NCBI GenBank assembly: GCA_043756645.1
Contig: JAYUQS010000131.1
Coordinates: 7,158 to 71,157 of the forward strand
Direction of reading: 5' to 3'
Length of the DNA: 64,000 nucleotides
Source: Hyphomicrobiales bacterium
Lineage (GTDB): Bacteria; Pseudomonadota; Alphaproteobacteria; Rhizobiales; Aestuariivirgaceae
Shown: positions 62,803 through 64,000 of the stretch, in pieces
Numbering within the stretch: position 1 is the stretch's first letter
How the letters are laid out: the number at the start of each line of letters is the position of its first letter
Position numbers and translations under genes: made by a program
Notes under the pieces: model-generated
The model's database searches: none
What the model saw: only the letters and a program-made list of their open reading frames with translations
What the model was told of the DNA's origin: nothing

Positions 62803-63625
62803 ATACGTCGCGAGGAGCAGTGTCTTGCAAGATTTGTCTGAAATTTCGGTACAACAGTTACGTGGCATTCATGCTGTTTTGACTGACATTGACGATACAC
62901 TCACGACCCACGGTCGCTTGCCCGCTATTGCCTATGTGGCATTGGAAAAATTGCAAATAGCGGGTATTAAAGTTGTGCCGATTACAGGAAGGCCTGCCGG
63001 ATGGTGTGATCACATTGCGCGAATGTGGCCGGTGGATGGTGTGGTGGGAGAGAATGGCGCGTTCTATTTTCGCTACGACGCAAAAGCCAAACGCATGAAC
63101 CGGACTTATGCGCAAGACGACGTAACGCGTAAAAATAATGTGGCGAAGTTGAAAGATCTTGCTGCTGACGTTTTAAAGCACTTTCCCGGCACAGCGCTGG
63201 CCTCTGATCAGGCCTATCGTGAGATTGATGTTGCAATTGATTTTTGTGAGGACGTGCCAGCGCTGCCATTGTCGGTGGCGCAAGCTATTGCTCAAAGATT
63301 TCACGATGCTGGTGCTGAGGCTAAAATATCATCAATACATGTCAATGCCTGGTTTGGTTCGCACAACAAGCTTTCAATGTCTTTACGCATGCTGAAAGAG
63401 TGTTTTGGCTGGGATGCGGCAATCGCAAAAACGTGTATTGCCTATTGCGGGGACTCCCCCAATGATGCGCCGATGTATAGTTATTTTCCGCTTGGGATTG
63501 GTGTGGCGAATGTCAGACCGCTGGCGCATCTTATGGAACATCTGCCCGCATTCGTAACGCCATCGGAGGGTGGGACTGGCTTTGCGGAATTTGCTGACAT
63601 GCTATTAGCGGCACAAAGTAATTGA
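62795..63625 (+). CDS. HAD-IIB family hydrolase
   Basis: TDIDDTLT, ITGRPAG and CGDSPND motifs. Confidence 0.9.
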   Translation: MVKYVARSSVLQDLSEISVQQLRGIHAVLTDIDDTLTTHGRLPAIAYVALEKLQIAGIKVVPITGRPAGWCDHIARMWPVDGVVGENGAFYFRYDAKAKRMNRTYAQDDVTRKNNVAKLKDLAADVLKHFPGTALASDQAYREIDVAIDFCEDVPALPLSVAQAIAQRFHDAGAEAKISSIHVNAWFGSHNKLSMSLRMLKECFGWDAAIAKTCIAYCGDSPNDAPMYSYFPLGIGVANVRPLAHLMEHLPAFVTPSEGGTGFAEFADMLLAAQSN

Positions 63626-63633
63626 GTGTTTTG

Positions 63634-64000
63634 ATGGAACGTTTCGCAGAGTTTTTCACACTTAAGGCAATGACGATTCCGCTTGTGTTTTTGCTGTTGT
63701 GCTTCTTAGAGCGCATGTTCCCTGTTGCGCAATGGTTGGGTGGTGCGGCGCGGGTTGTGAAAAATCTTGTGCTTGCTGGTTTCAATTTTATAGCCTCACC
63801 TCTCATTGTCATTCCGATTACAGCTTTTGCCGCTGGCCATGTTTTTAACTGGCGTCCCGATTTTTGGTCGGGTTGGTGGGGCTTAGGATTTGATCTGTTG
63901 TTGCTCGATCTCTGGATTTACTGGTGGCACCGCGCCAATCATGTTCTGCCTTTCCTCTGGCGTTTTCATCAAGTCCATCACCTTGATGAAATGTTGGACA
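63634..64000 (+). CDS. Sterol desaturase/fatty acid hydroxylase family protein (truncated by the window edge)
   Basis: YWWHRANH...LWRFHQVHH His boxes. Confidence 0.85.
   Translation, partial: MERFAEFFTLKAMTIPLVFLLLCFLERMFPVAQWLGGAARVVKNLVLAGFNFIASPLIVIPITAFAAGHVFNWRPDFWSGWWGLGFDLLLLDLWIYWWHRANHVLPFLWRFHQVHHLDEMLD

Overview
Alphaproteobacterial chromosome window with four parts. (1) 1-4990: an apparently intact type II-C CRISPR-Cas locus. It has the leader-side end of an array (36-nt repeats, 30-nt spacers), cas2-cas1-cas9 on the minus strand, and a tracrRNA. (2) 5065-7640: housekeeping genes sciP, mnmA, pcs and tRNA-Met. (3) 7620-53741: a 46.1-kb lambda-like (cos/GpA terminase) siphoviral prophage that looks complete. 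It is integrated in the tRNA-Met 3' end between 22-bp direct repeats and encodes a large serine recombinase. (4) 53747-64000: a host L-rhamnose uptake and catabolism cluster. The main observation links parts 1 and 3. Spacer 197-226 matches the prophage primase/helicase gene at 25769-25798 with 30/30 identity, and the Cas9 catalytic motifs, cas1, cas2 and tracrRNA look intact. At its right end the prophage carries a separately promoted operon: two small ORFs I do not recognise (65 and 76 aa), followed by an Aca2-like HTH gene, with a perfect palindrome between the -35 and -10 boxes. This is the hallmark layout of an anti-CRISPR locus and points to possibly new anti-Cas9 (AcrIIC) proteins. The PAM is unknown, so PAM escape cannot be excluded. 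Other observations: integration swaps the integrase C-terminus; there are lambda-like operators and a cos site; a 754-bp tandem duplication holds two diverged alleles of one gene; three genes are inserted in the head module; and there is a standalone CapW/BrxR-like winged helix. Family assignments come from motif recognition by eye, not database searches.
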